The notes beneath the pieces were generated by a model. The model saw only the letters and a list, made by a program, of their open reading frames with translations, ran no database searches and had not been told where the DNA came from. A program made the position numbers and the translations under genes. A stretch of 64,000 nucleotides of DNA from Candidatus Melainabacteria bacterium 17Bon1m (GTDB lineage: Bacteria; Cyanobacteriota; Vampirovibrionia; Obscuribacterales; Obscuribacteraceae), in contig JAVLKG010000005.1 in the NCBI GenBank assembly GCA_032128875.1, positions 512,001-576,000 of the forward strand. Direction: 5' to 3'. Below are positions 18,305-27,491 of the stretch, one piece after another. How positions within the stretch are numbered: position 1 is the stretch's first letter; each line of letters opens with the position of its first letter.

Positions 18305-19267
18305 TCAGTGCTCAGGTAAGTCGAAGTTTCTCTTTGCCAGAGCATCAAGTTCTTTCATTTCTATGTCCGTCAGTGGCTTTAATTCGGAAGCTCCCAGATT
18401 TTCCTCGGCTTCTTCGGGTGTCTTTATACCTGGAATTGTCACTGAGACTTCTTTGAGCGAAAGAACATATTTGATTGCCGCTTGTGTAAGCGTTCTGTTT
18501 TCCTTTTGTAGAAACTCCAGTCTTTTAGCCGCTTCTATGCGAGCCAATATGTAGTCGGGCGGCCAGGTTTGGCGAACATCGCCCTCTTCGAAAGTGACTT
18601 CCTTTATCTGGCCAAACTTGCCTGTAAGGAAACCGTTGGCGAGAGGTTCTCTCGCTATAACCGCACAACCAACGGCAAAGGCAGCTGGCAAGAGTGTTTC
18701 CAGCGGACGGCTATTGAAAATGTTGACCGGAATCTGAATGCAATCTGGTTGGCTTACCGCCAATGCGGTCATTCCTTCAATAGGATCACGTATAGAAATC
18801 CCCCAAGCTCGAATTTTTCCTTCGCGCTTGAGCTCTTGCAGGGTGTTATAGGTATTGTCCTTTTTCAAAAGGCGAATGGGCGGGTTGTGCAGCTGGTATA
18901 CGTCGACATAATCGGTCTGCAGCCTATCCAGGCTCTTCTCGAGCGCGAAGCGGATGTACTCGTCCGTAAACGTCTGAAACCCGCCACCCTGATAAAAGTC
19001 GCTTCCGACCTTGGTCGCGATTATCACTCGGTCGCGTTTGCTCTTTAAGGCCTTGCCTAAAAGGGTTTCACTGTGACCAAATCCATAGACATCGGCCGTA
19101 TCGAAAAAATTGCAGCCCAGGTCGAATGCTTTATTAATGGCATCCAAGGATACTTTGTCATCGGTAGAACCATAACTGTGGCCGTGTTCATTACCGCCAA
19201 TTCCCCAGCCACCGAAACCTATCTCGGAAACCTTTATGCCTGTATTGCCGAAATCTCTGTACTTCAT
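18305..19267 (-). CDS. Aldo/keto reductase
   Basis: MKYRDFGNTGIKVSEIGFG, FFDTADVYG, IATK, SL.RLQTDYVDVYQLH, GKIRAWGIS. Confidence 0.95.
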   Translation of the reverse strand: MKYRDFGNTGIKVSEIGFGGWGIGGNEHGHSYGSTDDKVSLDAINKAFDLGCNFFDTADVYGFGHSETLLGKALKSKRDRVIIATKVGSDFYQGGGFQTFTDEYIRFALEKSLDRLQTDYVDVYQLHNPPIRLLKKDNTYNTLQELKREGKIRAWGISIRDPIEGMTALAVSQPDCIQIPVNIFNSRPLETLLPAAFAVGCAVIAREPLANGFLTGKFGQIKEVTFEEGDVRQTWPPDYILARIEAAKRLEFLQKENRTLTQAAIKYVLSLKEVSVTIPGIKTPEEAEENLGASELKPLTDIEMKELDALAKRNFDLPEH

Positions 19268-19513
19268 GCAGAAATCTCTGTGCAGAAACAGGCATTTTGT
19301 TCAAATTGCGACGCAGTCTTTACGAAGTTTGTCATTTACATATTTAGTAACGCGGTAGGAAAAGGCTGATGAATAGACAATTTTGTATGATTTTTTCGCC
19401 TAAGCATCTTCACACAATAGCTTCATTATTCATGAATACTGTCACAAGTTCGAAGATCAGTGTATTACAATAGCCGATTGGCTGGCGGGAACTCTGGAGA
19501 CCGAAATTTACTG

Positions 19514-20506
19514 ATGGATGTTTATGACATAACCATAGTCGGCGGTGGTCCGACTGGCTTGTTTGGAACCTTCTACGCGGGTCTCCGTGGACTCAAGACG
19601 AAAGTTATCGATGTCTTGCCGGAGCTTGGCGGACAATTGACCGCGCTATATCCCGAGAAGTACGTTTATGACGTTGCGGGGCACCCCAAGATACTTGCCA
19701 AAGATTTGGCAAAGAACCTGGGCACTCAGTCGCAATTGTTCAAGCCCGCTCTCTGCCTCGGCGAGAAAGTGCTGAACATGCAAAAGATTGAAGGCGATAT
19801 TTGGCAGGTAACTACTGACAAGACCGCCGATCACTACACCAAAACAGTTTTACTGGCTCTAGGAGCCGGTGCTTGCGTACCGAAGAAATTGGATATCGAG
19901 TACGACCACAACCTGGAAGGTGATGGTATCTATTACGCGGTCAAAAACAAAGAAAAATTCCGCGACAAGAAAGTACTTATTGTAGGTGGCGGAGACTCAG
20001 CAGTAGACTGGGCTAACGAGTTTTCGCAGATTGCGAAAAACGTCACGTTGATCCACCGCCGCGATCAATTCCGTGCTGTGCAGACCTCTGTTGAGGAGAT
20101 GAAGCGCAACAAAATTGATATCAAGACGTTCTATGAGATGAAGGAAATCCAAGTCTCGAACGGCAAATTGGATAGCGCAGTCATTTTCGACAATCGCACC
20201 GGCAAAGAAGAACACCTGCAGGTGGATGCAATCCTTATCAATATCGGATTTGTCATCAACCTCGACTTCTTGAAAAGCTGGGGCATCAAGATGGAAGGCA
20301 ACGCGATAACCGTCAATGAAAAGATGGAAACGAATTTGCCGGGCGTCTATTCCGCAGGTGACATTGCCGCTCACACTGCCAAACTCAAACTGATTGCGAC
20401 TGGAGCAGCTGAAGCCGCAACGGCAGTCAACTTTGCAGTTACATTCATCAATCCATCTGCAAAAGTATTCCCGGGACACAGCTCCAACCTCAACCTTTCT
20501 ATCTAA
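19514..20506 (+). CDS. Ferredoxin--NADP reductase (YumC/TrxB-like, no CxxC)
   Basis: GGGPTGL, LGGQLTALYPEKYVYDVAG, GGGDSAVDWA, HRR, GDI, KLIATG, PGHSS. Confidence 0.9.
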   Translation: MDVYDITIVGGGPTGLFGTFYAGLRGLKTKVIDVLPELGGQLTALYPEKYVYDVAGHPKILAKDLAKNLGTQSQLFKPALCLGEKVLNMQKIEGDIWQVTTDKTADHYTKTVLLALGAGACVPKKLDIEYDHNLEGDGIYYAVKNKEKFRDKKVLIVGGGDSAVDWANEFSQIAKNVTLIHRRDQFRAVQTSVEEMKRNKIDIKTFYEMKEIQVSNGKLDSAVIFDNRTGKEEHLQVDAILINIGFVINLDFLKSWGIKMEGNAITVNEKMETNLPGVYSAGDIAAHTAKLKLIATGAAEAATAVNFAVTFINPSAKVFPGHSSNLNLSI

Positions 20507-20737
20507 ACCAGGTACAGGTTTCGCTGGCAGTTCATTTGATGTTTCCGTTCTGCGGAAAGTCGAGTTTTTAGCTGATTATATAGATCGTCTGGTTTTACCC
20601 GCTCTTCCAGGGTGGGCGAGTTTTTTGCGACTATTGGCGTGCAGCGACCAATGTTTGCCCGAGTTTTCGGTTGTTCAGAAATAACAATGAGATTTTTGCT
20701 GAAGTTAGTCCTTTGGCGCTGCGGTTGGGGATGCCGT

Positions 20738-20784
20738 ACGCTAAATGTTGTATGGGCGGCTGGGTGCTACGCTATATGTGGTGC
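20738..20784 (+). promoter_or_regulatory. Tandem NrdR boxes upstream of nrdJ
   Basis: ACGCTAAATGTTGTAT (20738-20753) and ACGCTATATGTGGTGC (20769-20784) match acaCwAtATaTwGtgt, 31 bp apart; TATAAT at 20798-20803. Confidence 0.85.
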
Positions 20785-20883
20785 CATACAAATGTAGTAT
20801 AATGTTCTATACGCCAGCGGTTGAGAGTGAAGGTCGGGCGATTAGCGCAAGACCAAAATCAGGGGGCGAATTGGAGGGGCCGA

Positions 20884-22959
20884 ATGTTTTCAGAAAATGC
20901 CCTTAAGGTTCTTGAAAAACGCTACTTGCTGCGCGATGAGCACGGCAATTTGAAAGAGACGCCTGAACAATTGTTCAGAAGAGTAGCCAATGCTGTTGCT
21001 TCCGCTGAAAAAGAATGGGGAAAGTCTGCTGCTGAAATAGAGCAGTTGGCCGAGCGCTTTTTCCAATCTATGTATAGCTGCGCTTTTATGCCGAATTCGC
21101 CGACTCTCATGAATGCCGGCAAAGTCGGCGGTCAATTGTCAGCTTGTTTTGTCCTGCCCGTGCCGGATTCGCTAGAAGGTATTTTTGATACTTGTAAGAA
21201 TGCTGCACTTATTCATAAGACAGGCGGCGGTACGGGATTTTCTTTTAGTCGTTTGCGTCCGGCTAATGATCGTGTTGCATCCTCTACCGGTGTAGCTTCC
21301 GGACCTGTCAGTTTCATGACCGTTTACGATGCAGCTACTGAGGCTATTCGTCAAGGTGGTACCAGGCGTGGTGCCAATATGGGTATGCTCAGAGTTGATC
21401 ACCCGGACATTGAAGCATTTATCTCGTGCAAGCAAGATACAGACAGACTCAATAATTTCAATATCTCTGTAGCAGCGACGGACAAATTTATGGAGGCTGT
21501 CGAAAAGGATGAGGAATTTGATCTTATCCATCCTAGCTCGAAGAAAAAGGTGCGCTCTTTGAAGGCCGCCGAGCTGTTTGCAAAAATCGTTGAGAATGCG
21601 CACAGCACAGGCGAGCCAGGTCTTATTTTTATTGACCGAATTAACAGCACCGATCCTGTCGAAGAAGCTTATGACGATAAAGGAATGGCCATTCCCGGAA
21701 CCGAAGAGATTGAAGCAACAAACCCCTGTGGTGAACAGCCTCTTGGACCTGGTGATGCATGCAATCTGGCATCGATTAATCTGGCTAAATTTGTCGATCG
21801 CAAGAAAAAGGATTTCGATTATCCTCGATTGAAAGAGCAGATTGAGCTATCTGTCCGCTTCTTAGACGATGTGATTTCAGCCAATAGTTATCCGCTTAAG
21901 TTTATCGAAGAGGCGACCCTCAATAATCGTCGTATTGGCCTGGGTATCATGGGATGGGCAGAGGCTCTGATACTCATGGGAATCGTCTACGGAGAAAAAG
22001 CTTCGGAGGTAAAAGCTGATCAGTTGATGCGCTTCATGAATGATACCGCCCATGATGCATCTGAGAAGCTCGCTGCCGAAAGAGGAGTGTTTCCCAATTG
22101 GCAGTACAGTCGCTGGAAATCAATCAATCGGCCGATGCGGAATGCAACAGTTACTACCATTGCGCCAACGGGTACGATATCAATTATTGCTGGTACCACA
22201 TCCGGTATTGAGCCTCTGTTTGCTGTTTGTTATATCCGGCGTGTAATGGAAGGTACCGAGCTGGTTGAAGTCAATCCTCTCTTCGAAGAGATTGCTCGTG
22301 AAAGAGGTTTTTACTCAGAAGAGTTGATGCAAGAGATTGCGCAAAGCGGCATCGTGTCCAGCAACCACTCAGTTCCTGATGATATCCGCCGCCTTTTCGT
22401 TTGCTCGCATGACATATCTTATGCCGAACATGTTCGCATGCAGGTCGCGTTTCAAAAACACACAGACAACGCTGTCTCGAAAACTATCAACTTCCGTGAA
22501 AGCGCGACGGTTGAGGAAGTTAGAGAAGCATATCTTTCTGCCTGGAAAGATGGTTTGAAGGGGATAACCGTATATCGCGACAACTCCAGACCGCGTCAGG
22601 TCTTGAACATTGCTTCAACAAGAAAGTCAGGCTCAGGAGTCAGGCGGGGAGAATGCTGCGATTCTCCAGAGGATGAAACCAGCAACGACACCTGTCGACT
22701 GGTGGACGACTCTACTGCACCTGCTTGCACTGCCGGCGTTCAGAGCGTCGGTGTTCGGGCGGCAACGACCAGTCGACCACTGAAGCGCTACTTCTTTATG
22801 GATTCATCTCAAGAGTCTCAGTTGTTCAATAAGTCTAATGATCGACAAAGGGCTATATCTTCGATATCGGATTGCCCGGAATGTGGCTATGGAAGTGGAT
22901 TTGTTGCACGTCAAGAGAGCTGCAGTCTCTGCTTCTCCTGCGGTTATACTATGTGCTGA
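20884..22959 (+). CDS. nrdJ: Adenosylcobalamin-dependent (class II) ribonucleotide reductase
   Basis: PNSPTLMNAG..QLSACFV, GGTRRGANM, TNPCGEQPL, CNLASINL, TTIAPTGT, KGITVYRD, C-terminal CPECG...C..CGYTMC; RBS GGAGGG. Confidence 0.95.
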   Translation: MFSENALKVLEKRYLLRDEHGNLKETPEQLFRRVANAVASAEKEWGKSAAEIEQLAERFFQSMYSCAFMPNSPTLMNAGKVGGQLSACFVLPVPDSLEGIFDTCKNAALIHKTGGGTGFSFSRLRPANDRVASSTGVASGPVSFMTVYDAATEAIRQGGTRRGANMGMLRVDHPDIEAFISCKQDTDRLNNFNISVAATDKFMEAVEKDEEFDLIHPSSKKKVRSLKAAELFAKIVENAHSTGEPGLIFIDRINSTDPVEEAYDDKGMAIPGTEEIEATNPCGEQPLGPGDACNLASINLAKFVDRKKKDFDYPRLKEQIELSVRFLDDVISANSYPLKFIEEATLNNRRIGLGIMGWAEALILMGIVYGEKASEVKADQLMRFMNDTAHDASEKLAAERGVFPNWQYSRWKSINRPMRNATVTTIAPTGTISIIAGTTSGIEPLFAVCYIRRVMEGTELVEVNPLFEEIARERGFYSEELMQEIAQSGIVSSNHSVPDDIRRLFVCSHDISYAEHVRMQVAFQKHTDNAVSKTINFRESATVEEVREAYLSAWKDGLKGITVYRDNSRPRQVLNIASTRKSGSGVRRGECCDSPEDETSNDTCRLVDDSTAPACTAGVQSVGVRAATTSRPLKRYFFMDSSQESQLFNKSNDRQRAISSISDCPECGYGSGFVARQESCSLCFSCGYTMC

Positions 22960-23026
22960 ATAGGCCTGACTGTTGTGAAAGCAGATTTTGCGCCGAGGAT
23001 TACAAAAGCAAGTGATGAGGGATCGG

Positions 23027-23605
23027 ATGATGTCTATCCTGGTTGATCATGAGATTAAGCAAGAAGTAGAGGAAGGAAAGCTCATTATCGAGCCATATTC
23101 CGAAGCGCTCATTCAGCCGAATTCTTATGATGTCCGTCTGGCTGACAAGTTCTCGTGGCACGAAGCTGCCGACCAGATTATTGATCCGTACGATTCGGAG
23201 ACTGTTCTTAACGGATTGGTTCATGTGACCGACGATGACATTGTCATCCAGCCACAGCAATTTATCCTTGGCGCCACGCTGGAAGCTTTCTGCTTGCCTG
23301 ACGACATAGTTGGGCAATTGACAGGCAAATCCAGCCTCGCTCGCCTGGGCGTGATGGTCCACGTCACCGCCGGCTTCATTGATGCCGGATTCAGCCATCC
23401 TCCGGCGCAAATCACTCTGGAGATCGTCAACGTTGGCAATCGTCCCGTTCGTTTGCATGCCGGAATGTCAATTGCGCAAATGGTCTTCACCCGCACGGCC
23501 GTCTGCAATACGCCGTACCACCGCAAACCCAATGCCAAATACAACGGACAACCAGCGGCAGCTCACAGCCGGTATTACTTAAACAACACAGCGGCCTCTA
23601 AGTAA
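23027..23605 (+). CDS. dcd: dCTP deaminase
   Basis: IQPNSYDVRL, GKSSLARLG..VHVTAGFIDAGF, QITLEI.N, KYNGQ. Confidence 0.95.
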   Translation: MMSILVDHEIKQEVEEGKLIIEPYSEALIQPNSYDVRLADKFSWHEAADQIIDPYDSETVLNGLVHVTDDDIVIQPQQFILGATLEAFCLPDDIVGQLTGKSSLARLGVMVHVTAGFIDAGFSHPPAQITLEIVNVGNRPVRLHAGMSIAQMVFTRTAVCNTPYHRKPNAKYNGQPAAAHSRYYLNNTAASK

Positions 23606-23633
23606 GCTCGCTCGATTTTCCAACCGAAAATGG

Positions 23634-23661
23634 CCCCGGTGACGATTTTTCATCACCGGGG
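23634..23661 (+). terminator. Hairpin/terminator after dcd
   Basis: CCCCGGTGA-N10-TCACCGGGG; weak U-tract. Confidence 0.6.
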
Positions 23662-23916
23662 ATTGCATTTTGAGGCTCGAAATTTATCTGAAAATGAGCT
23701 CCAAAGAATTTATTTCTCCTATCCGAACGGTCGTGCCAGTCGGGGTTTTGAATCTTGATTAGCGAATGTTAATGTGGTGATGGGAATCTTCCCATGCCCC
23801 AGGGGATTACACGCATTGTTCCGGCGGTGAGCCGCCTCTAATATGTCTGCAGTGAACGGGCGAGCCGAGTCGCCCCCCCAGCGCAAGATTTGGAGAGATT
23901 TCTGGAGGTTTCCCAC

Positions 23917-26793
23917 ATGGGTGGCGGACTTGAGTTTAACCCCTACGAACTGCAGCCCTCTGCAGGACAAGACGATGCGACGACGCAAGCTCGGAATGCG
24001 GCATTGCAAGCGGATGCCAATGCGCAACCAAACGAAATCCAGCGAGCTCAGTACCAAGCGGGTCAAGTAGAGAAGCCTTATGGCACTCCCAACAACGGAC
24101 AGTGGAGATCTACTTACGGCGGCGACGTTCAACAAACTTACAATCAAGGCAGACAAGAACAACCACGCACTACCACTGCCAACAACGGCCAGTGGAGATC
24201 GACGTATGGCGGCGACGTAGGTACGACTTACAGACCTGGCACGCAACAAGATCAAACACAACAGACACAGGGTCAATGGAGAAAACCATATGGCGCTGAT
24301 TCGCCGCTTGTAGTACCGCCTAACGGCAATCAACAAAGACCTCCGGAGCAACAGCAGCGTCCAGTTCAGCCTGGTGGAAACAACGGTGGCGAAGTAGATC
24401 CTTTGACGGGTCAGCCTCTCAGAAGACCAGGACAAGTTCAAGGCAATCCATGGGACAGACCAACTAATGTTCCTGGGCAACAGACGGCACAGCCCGGTGA
24501 CGGACGTCAGCAAAACTTGACTCCGCAACAAATGGATATCGCGCAGAAGCGCAAAATTGTTGACCAAGCTCTCGACTACAACACAGTCGGCTGGGGCGGC
24601 AACCTGGTTGCAGGTGGCGCCGGCGGTATTCTTGGTCGTCACACTGTGCCGTGGATCATGGATAAGGTCGGCAGCACGGTTAAATTAGATGCCAAAGCCG
24701 AGCCAACCAATTTTAGAGAAAGAGTAGTTCGTTACTGGCAAGACAATCACGATCCAGCTCGCTGGAACAGAGCTGATCTGGAATTCGCCAGAAAATCGCT
24801 TGATGGCGCGGAAGGTTTGGCCTCCCGCATGAAGGAGTTTCACGGACCTACCGTTGAGGCGTTGGAGACAGCTACCGAAAGAGCCAAGTTGATGGAGCCC
24901 TTCACCAAGGCCTCGTCAGTCGGCAACAAGACAGCGATTGCGGAAGCTCTCGAAACTGTTAAAGGTGCAAATGGTGCCGGTACCAAGCCGTTCTTCACAG
25001 CAGCCGAAATGGAATTGCTCGAAGAAACCGTCAAGAGCGGCAAAGTTCAAACCGGAGTCGTCGACGCATTCAATGCTAACTCTGCAGTTCAGCAAGCAGC
25101 AAAACTGCGTCATGACACATTCCAATTCCTTGCTGATTCGAAGAATCCGATCTCTGCTGCCAGTGAAGCTGTACCGTCAAGATTGCGCACCGTTACGGAT
25201 GCAATCAATGCTCAGAAAGGTTTGACAGATGCTGGTGGAAAAGGTCTCTTCACCTCTGCCGAAATGACCGCTCTGCAAGAGTATCAAACAGCCGCGAAAG
25301 CTGCTGCAGTCAATGTCGCCGACGTAACTGCAATGAGCAAGTTCAAAGAAACTGCTGGCAGATATGGCTCGAGCTTCATCAAAGGTGCCGGTATCGCAGG
25401 CACCATCATGATTGCCGATCACTATGCCGACAAGTGGCTCTTCAATAAGAACCATGGAAACGGAATTGGCGACAGCATCAACTCAATTCTCGTTCCTGCA
25501 GCATTCCTTGCCGGACCGAAGAAGACTCTTCCATTGATCGCCACTAGCGTTGGAGCGCTCCTTGTCGGTAAGACAATCGGTGCGTCTTTGCCTGAAGGCG
25601 AACAAGCAAAATACAGCCGTTACTTCCGTCAGAGCACGGGTGAATCACTCCTGCTCGGTGCTGAATTCTTGCTGCCGATGAAGGCTGCAACTGAATCGGG
25701 TCTAAACTGGAAGCGCGGTGCGCTCATGGCCGGCACTTGGGCTGCGTTTAGACTCAAGAACGCAATTCTGGATCCTGCACCGCAATCTGACACTAGAGAC
25801 GAAGCATTCAAACTACTGGGCGAAGACGCGAAGCGTCGCACCGATGGCTCGATGATGGATGCCATCAACAAGTTCGGCGCCCTGGGCGCAGGCGATGAGT
25901 CAAGCGGCATCATGGCTTGGACCAATGTCTTCAAAGAGGGCAATGGCAAAACCAAAGGTGCAAGAGGCGAAGCTGCACTTCAGGTCTATCGCACAGAGTG
26001 GCTGACCAAGCCAACCAATCAGTTCGGCAGCATGCTCGAAGCCAATCGCGGCGCAGCAATTTTGACCACTGCATTTGCTGAGTCACGTCTTGCTCACGGA
26101 ACTCACGTGCCGACCATCACCGATACACCTACCTATTTATTGGAAGGCAAGAATATCGACTTGGGTGGTAAGGCTGCTAGAGACTTGATCATTGCTCGAA
26201 TCAACCTGGAAAACGCTAAGAAGCAAGTTCAAGACAATCTTGGCAAAGAAATTGCCGGCAAGAAAGTCGAACAATCTGAAATCACCGATATCGACAACGT
26301 TAAGAAACGCGTTGAAGCTAGCGAAGCGAAGATATACGGCGAACACGATATGGCCGGAGCGGTTAAGGAATTGGCACATTGGGGAGAAGGTCTGAATGCA
26401 ACGCACATGGCAAAAATCGAAGTCGATCTCAGAAACACCATTGCTGCAAATCAGAATTCCACAGATAGCCGCTACAAAGCCAAGCTCTATCGTGACCTTG
26501 CAACTATCTATCTGTCCGGCGCCTACGCCAAACAAGATGGTGACCCGCAATCCGCAGCCAAACTGCTCGGTGGAGATACATACACTGGCCGTCAGGCACT
26601 AGATATGACCGGTCAGCAACGTGGTTTCGACGGTGCGCTTGATTGCATCTCTCGTGCATATCAGTTGGATCCCAACAATCCAGACGTTCAACAACTGTAT
26701 AAAGTCGCTCAGCAAATCAATGCTAAGTTGCCCGGCAACATTCAAAAGCAAATGAACGACGGCAAGTACAACCCACTGCAAATCCGCCAATAA
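23917..26793 (+). CDS. Large hypothetical protein with Q/P-rich repeats, hydrophobic Gly/Ala segments and C-terminal TPR-like helix
   Basis: RBS GGAGG; NNGQWRSTYGGDV x2; GGNLVAGGAGGILG; ALDCISRAYQLDPNNPDV. Confidence 0.85.
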   Translation: MGGGLEFNPYELQPSAGQDDATTQARNAALQADANAQPNEIQRAQYQAGQVEKPYGTPNNGQWRSTYGGDVQQTYNQGRQEQPRTTTANNGQWRSTYGGDVGTTYRPGTQQDQTQQTQGQWRKPYGADSPLVVPPNGNQQRPPEQQQRPVQPGGNNGGEVDPLTGQPLRRPGQVQGNPWDRPTNVPGQQTAQPGDGRQQNLTPQQMDIAQKRKIVDQALDYNTVGWGGNLVAGGAGGILGRHTVPWIMDKVGSTVKLDAKAEPTNFRERVVRYWQDNHDPARWNRADLEFARKSLDGAEGLASRMKEFHGPTVEALETATERAKLMEPFTKASSVGNKTAIAEALETVKGANGAGTKPFFTAAEMELLEETVKSGKVQTGVVDAFNANSAVQQAAKLRHDTFQFLADSKNPISAASEAVPSRLRTVTDAINAQKGLTDAGGKGLFTSAEMTALQEYQTAAKAAAVNVADVTAMSKFKETAGRYGSSFIKGAGIAGTIMIADHYADKWLFNKNHGNGIGDSINSILVPAAFLAGPKKTLPLIATSVGALLVGKTIGASLPEGEQAKYSRYFRQSTGESLLLGAEFLLPMKAATESGLNWKRGALMAGTWAAFRLKNAILDPAPQSDTRDEAFKLLGEDAKRRTDGSMMDAINKFGALGAGDESSGIMAWTNVFKEGNGKTKGARGEAALQVYRTEWLTKPTNQFGSMLEANRGAAILTTAFAESRLAHGTHVPTITDTPTYLLEGKNIDLGGKAARDLIIARINLENAKKQVQDNLGKEIAGKKVEQSEITDIDNVKKRVEASEAKIYGEHDMAGAVKELAHWGEGLNATHMAKIEVDLRNTIAANQNSTDSRYKAKLYRDLATIYLSGAYAKQDGDPQSAAKLLGGDTYTGRQALDMTGQQRGFDGALDCISRAYQLDPNNPDVQQLYKVAQQINAKLPGNIQKQMNDGKYNPLQIRQ
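24061..24294 (+). repeat. Intragenic degenerate repeats (GQWRSTYGGDV / GQWRKPYG)
   Basis: AACAACGG(A/C)CAGTGGAGATC..AC.TA.GGCGGCGACGT at 24091 and 24181 (90 nt apart); related GGTCAA..A/G.AA.CC.TATGGC at 24061 and 24271. Confidence 0.8.
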
Positions 26794-26822
26794 GCCAGTT
26801 TTCAGTGGACTCTCAATCAAAA

Positions 26823-27308
26823 TCAGTTCTTCAGTTCTGACTGGATCTGCTTGATGCATTCATCAAGATTGGTTTGCGTGTCGCTTCTGATCAAATCGAG
26901 GTTGGAAAACCAGCTGACCTTTCCCGAGTGTACCGGCAGGCAGGAAATTTGCCATGCCTGCCCGACATACAGGTCTTTGTCCTTTCTTAGAAAAACCAGA
27001 TTTTGACCTTTTGGAAAATGGCACTGGGCGCATTTGAAATCTTCGCGTCCATGAATTTTGAATGATGCAGGCAGCTTGCCTTTAACTGATCTCTCGAGAT
27101 GCGCGTTGGAAACTTCGCCATAATTCCACTTGCCACTGGTCTGCTGAGAGACCGGCTCATCTAACGAAACGACTGCAATAAACTCGGCTTGCTTGATCAT
27201 CTCGCGTGCCGGTGGGTGATAGGCCTTCGCCAGCGATGCCGAAGAGGCGAGCAGGAAAGCGGCTGCCAGGACCAATGTGCGGCCGGTACCTGTTGTCCTT
27301 TTGGTCAT
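26823..27308 (-). CDS. Exported hypothetical protein containing CAQCH
   Basis: Signal peptide ending LAKA; RBS GGAGAGG. Confidence 0.75.
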   Translation of the reverse strand: MTKRTTGTGRTLVLAAAFLLASSASLAKAYHPPAREMIKQAEFIAVVSLDEPVSQQTSGKWNYGEVSNAHLERSVKGKLPASFKIHGREDFKCAQCHFPKGQNLVFLRKDKDLYVGQAWQISCLPVHSGKVSWFSNLDLIRSDTQTNLDECIKQIQSELKN

Positions 27309-27491
27309 TTCGCCTCTCCCGTGATTTTTTTCGATTGACCAGACTGCCCTACACTGACGCTTTTTTACTTTCAGCAGCTGCAGCTATTTCCAATTTTAAG
27401 GTGGGAAATTGAACTTTTTGCCTCTTGCAGACGTTTTCTAATAGTAGGGACATGCTGTCTCTGAAACTTCAAAACCCGGAGGGGCGGCGAG

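Noticed and set aside
20884..22959. Intein or intron in nrdJ
   Set aside because: Catalytic motifs are contiguous at normal spacing; only a short insertion before TNPCGEQ
24061..24294. Repeats as a mini-CRISPR
   Set aside because: In-frame, vary at synonymous positions, so they are protein repeats
23719..24642. 307-aa minus-strand ORF and other antisense or overlapping ORFs
   Set aside because: Shadow frames of well-supported genes with no motifs or RBS
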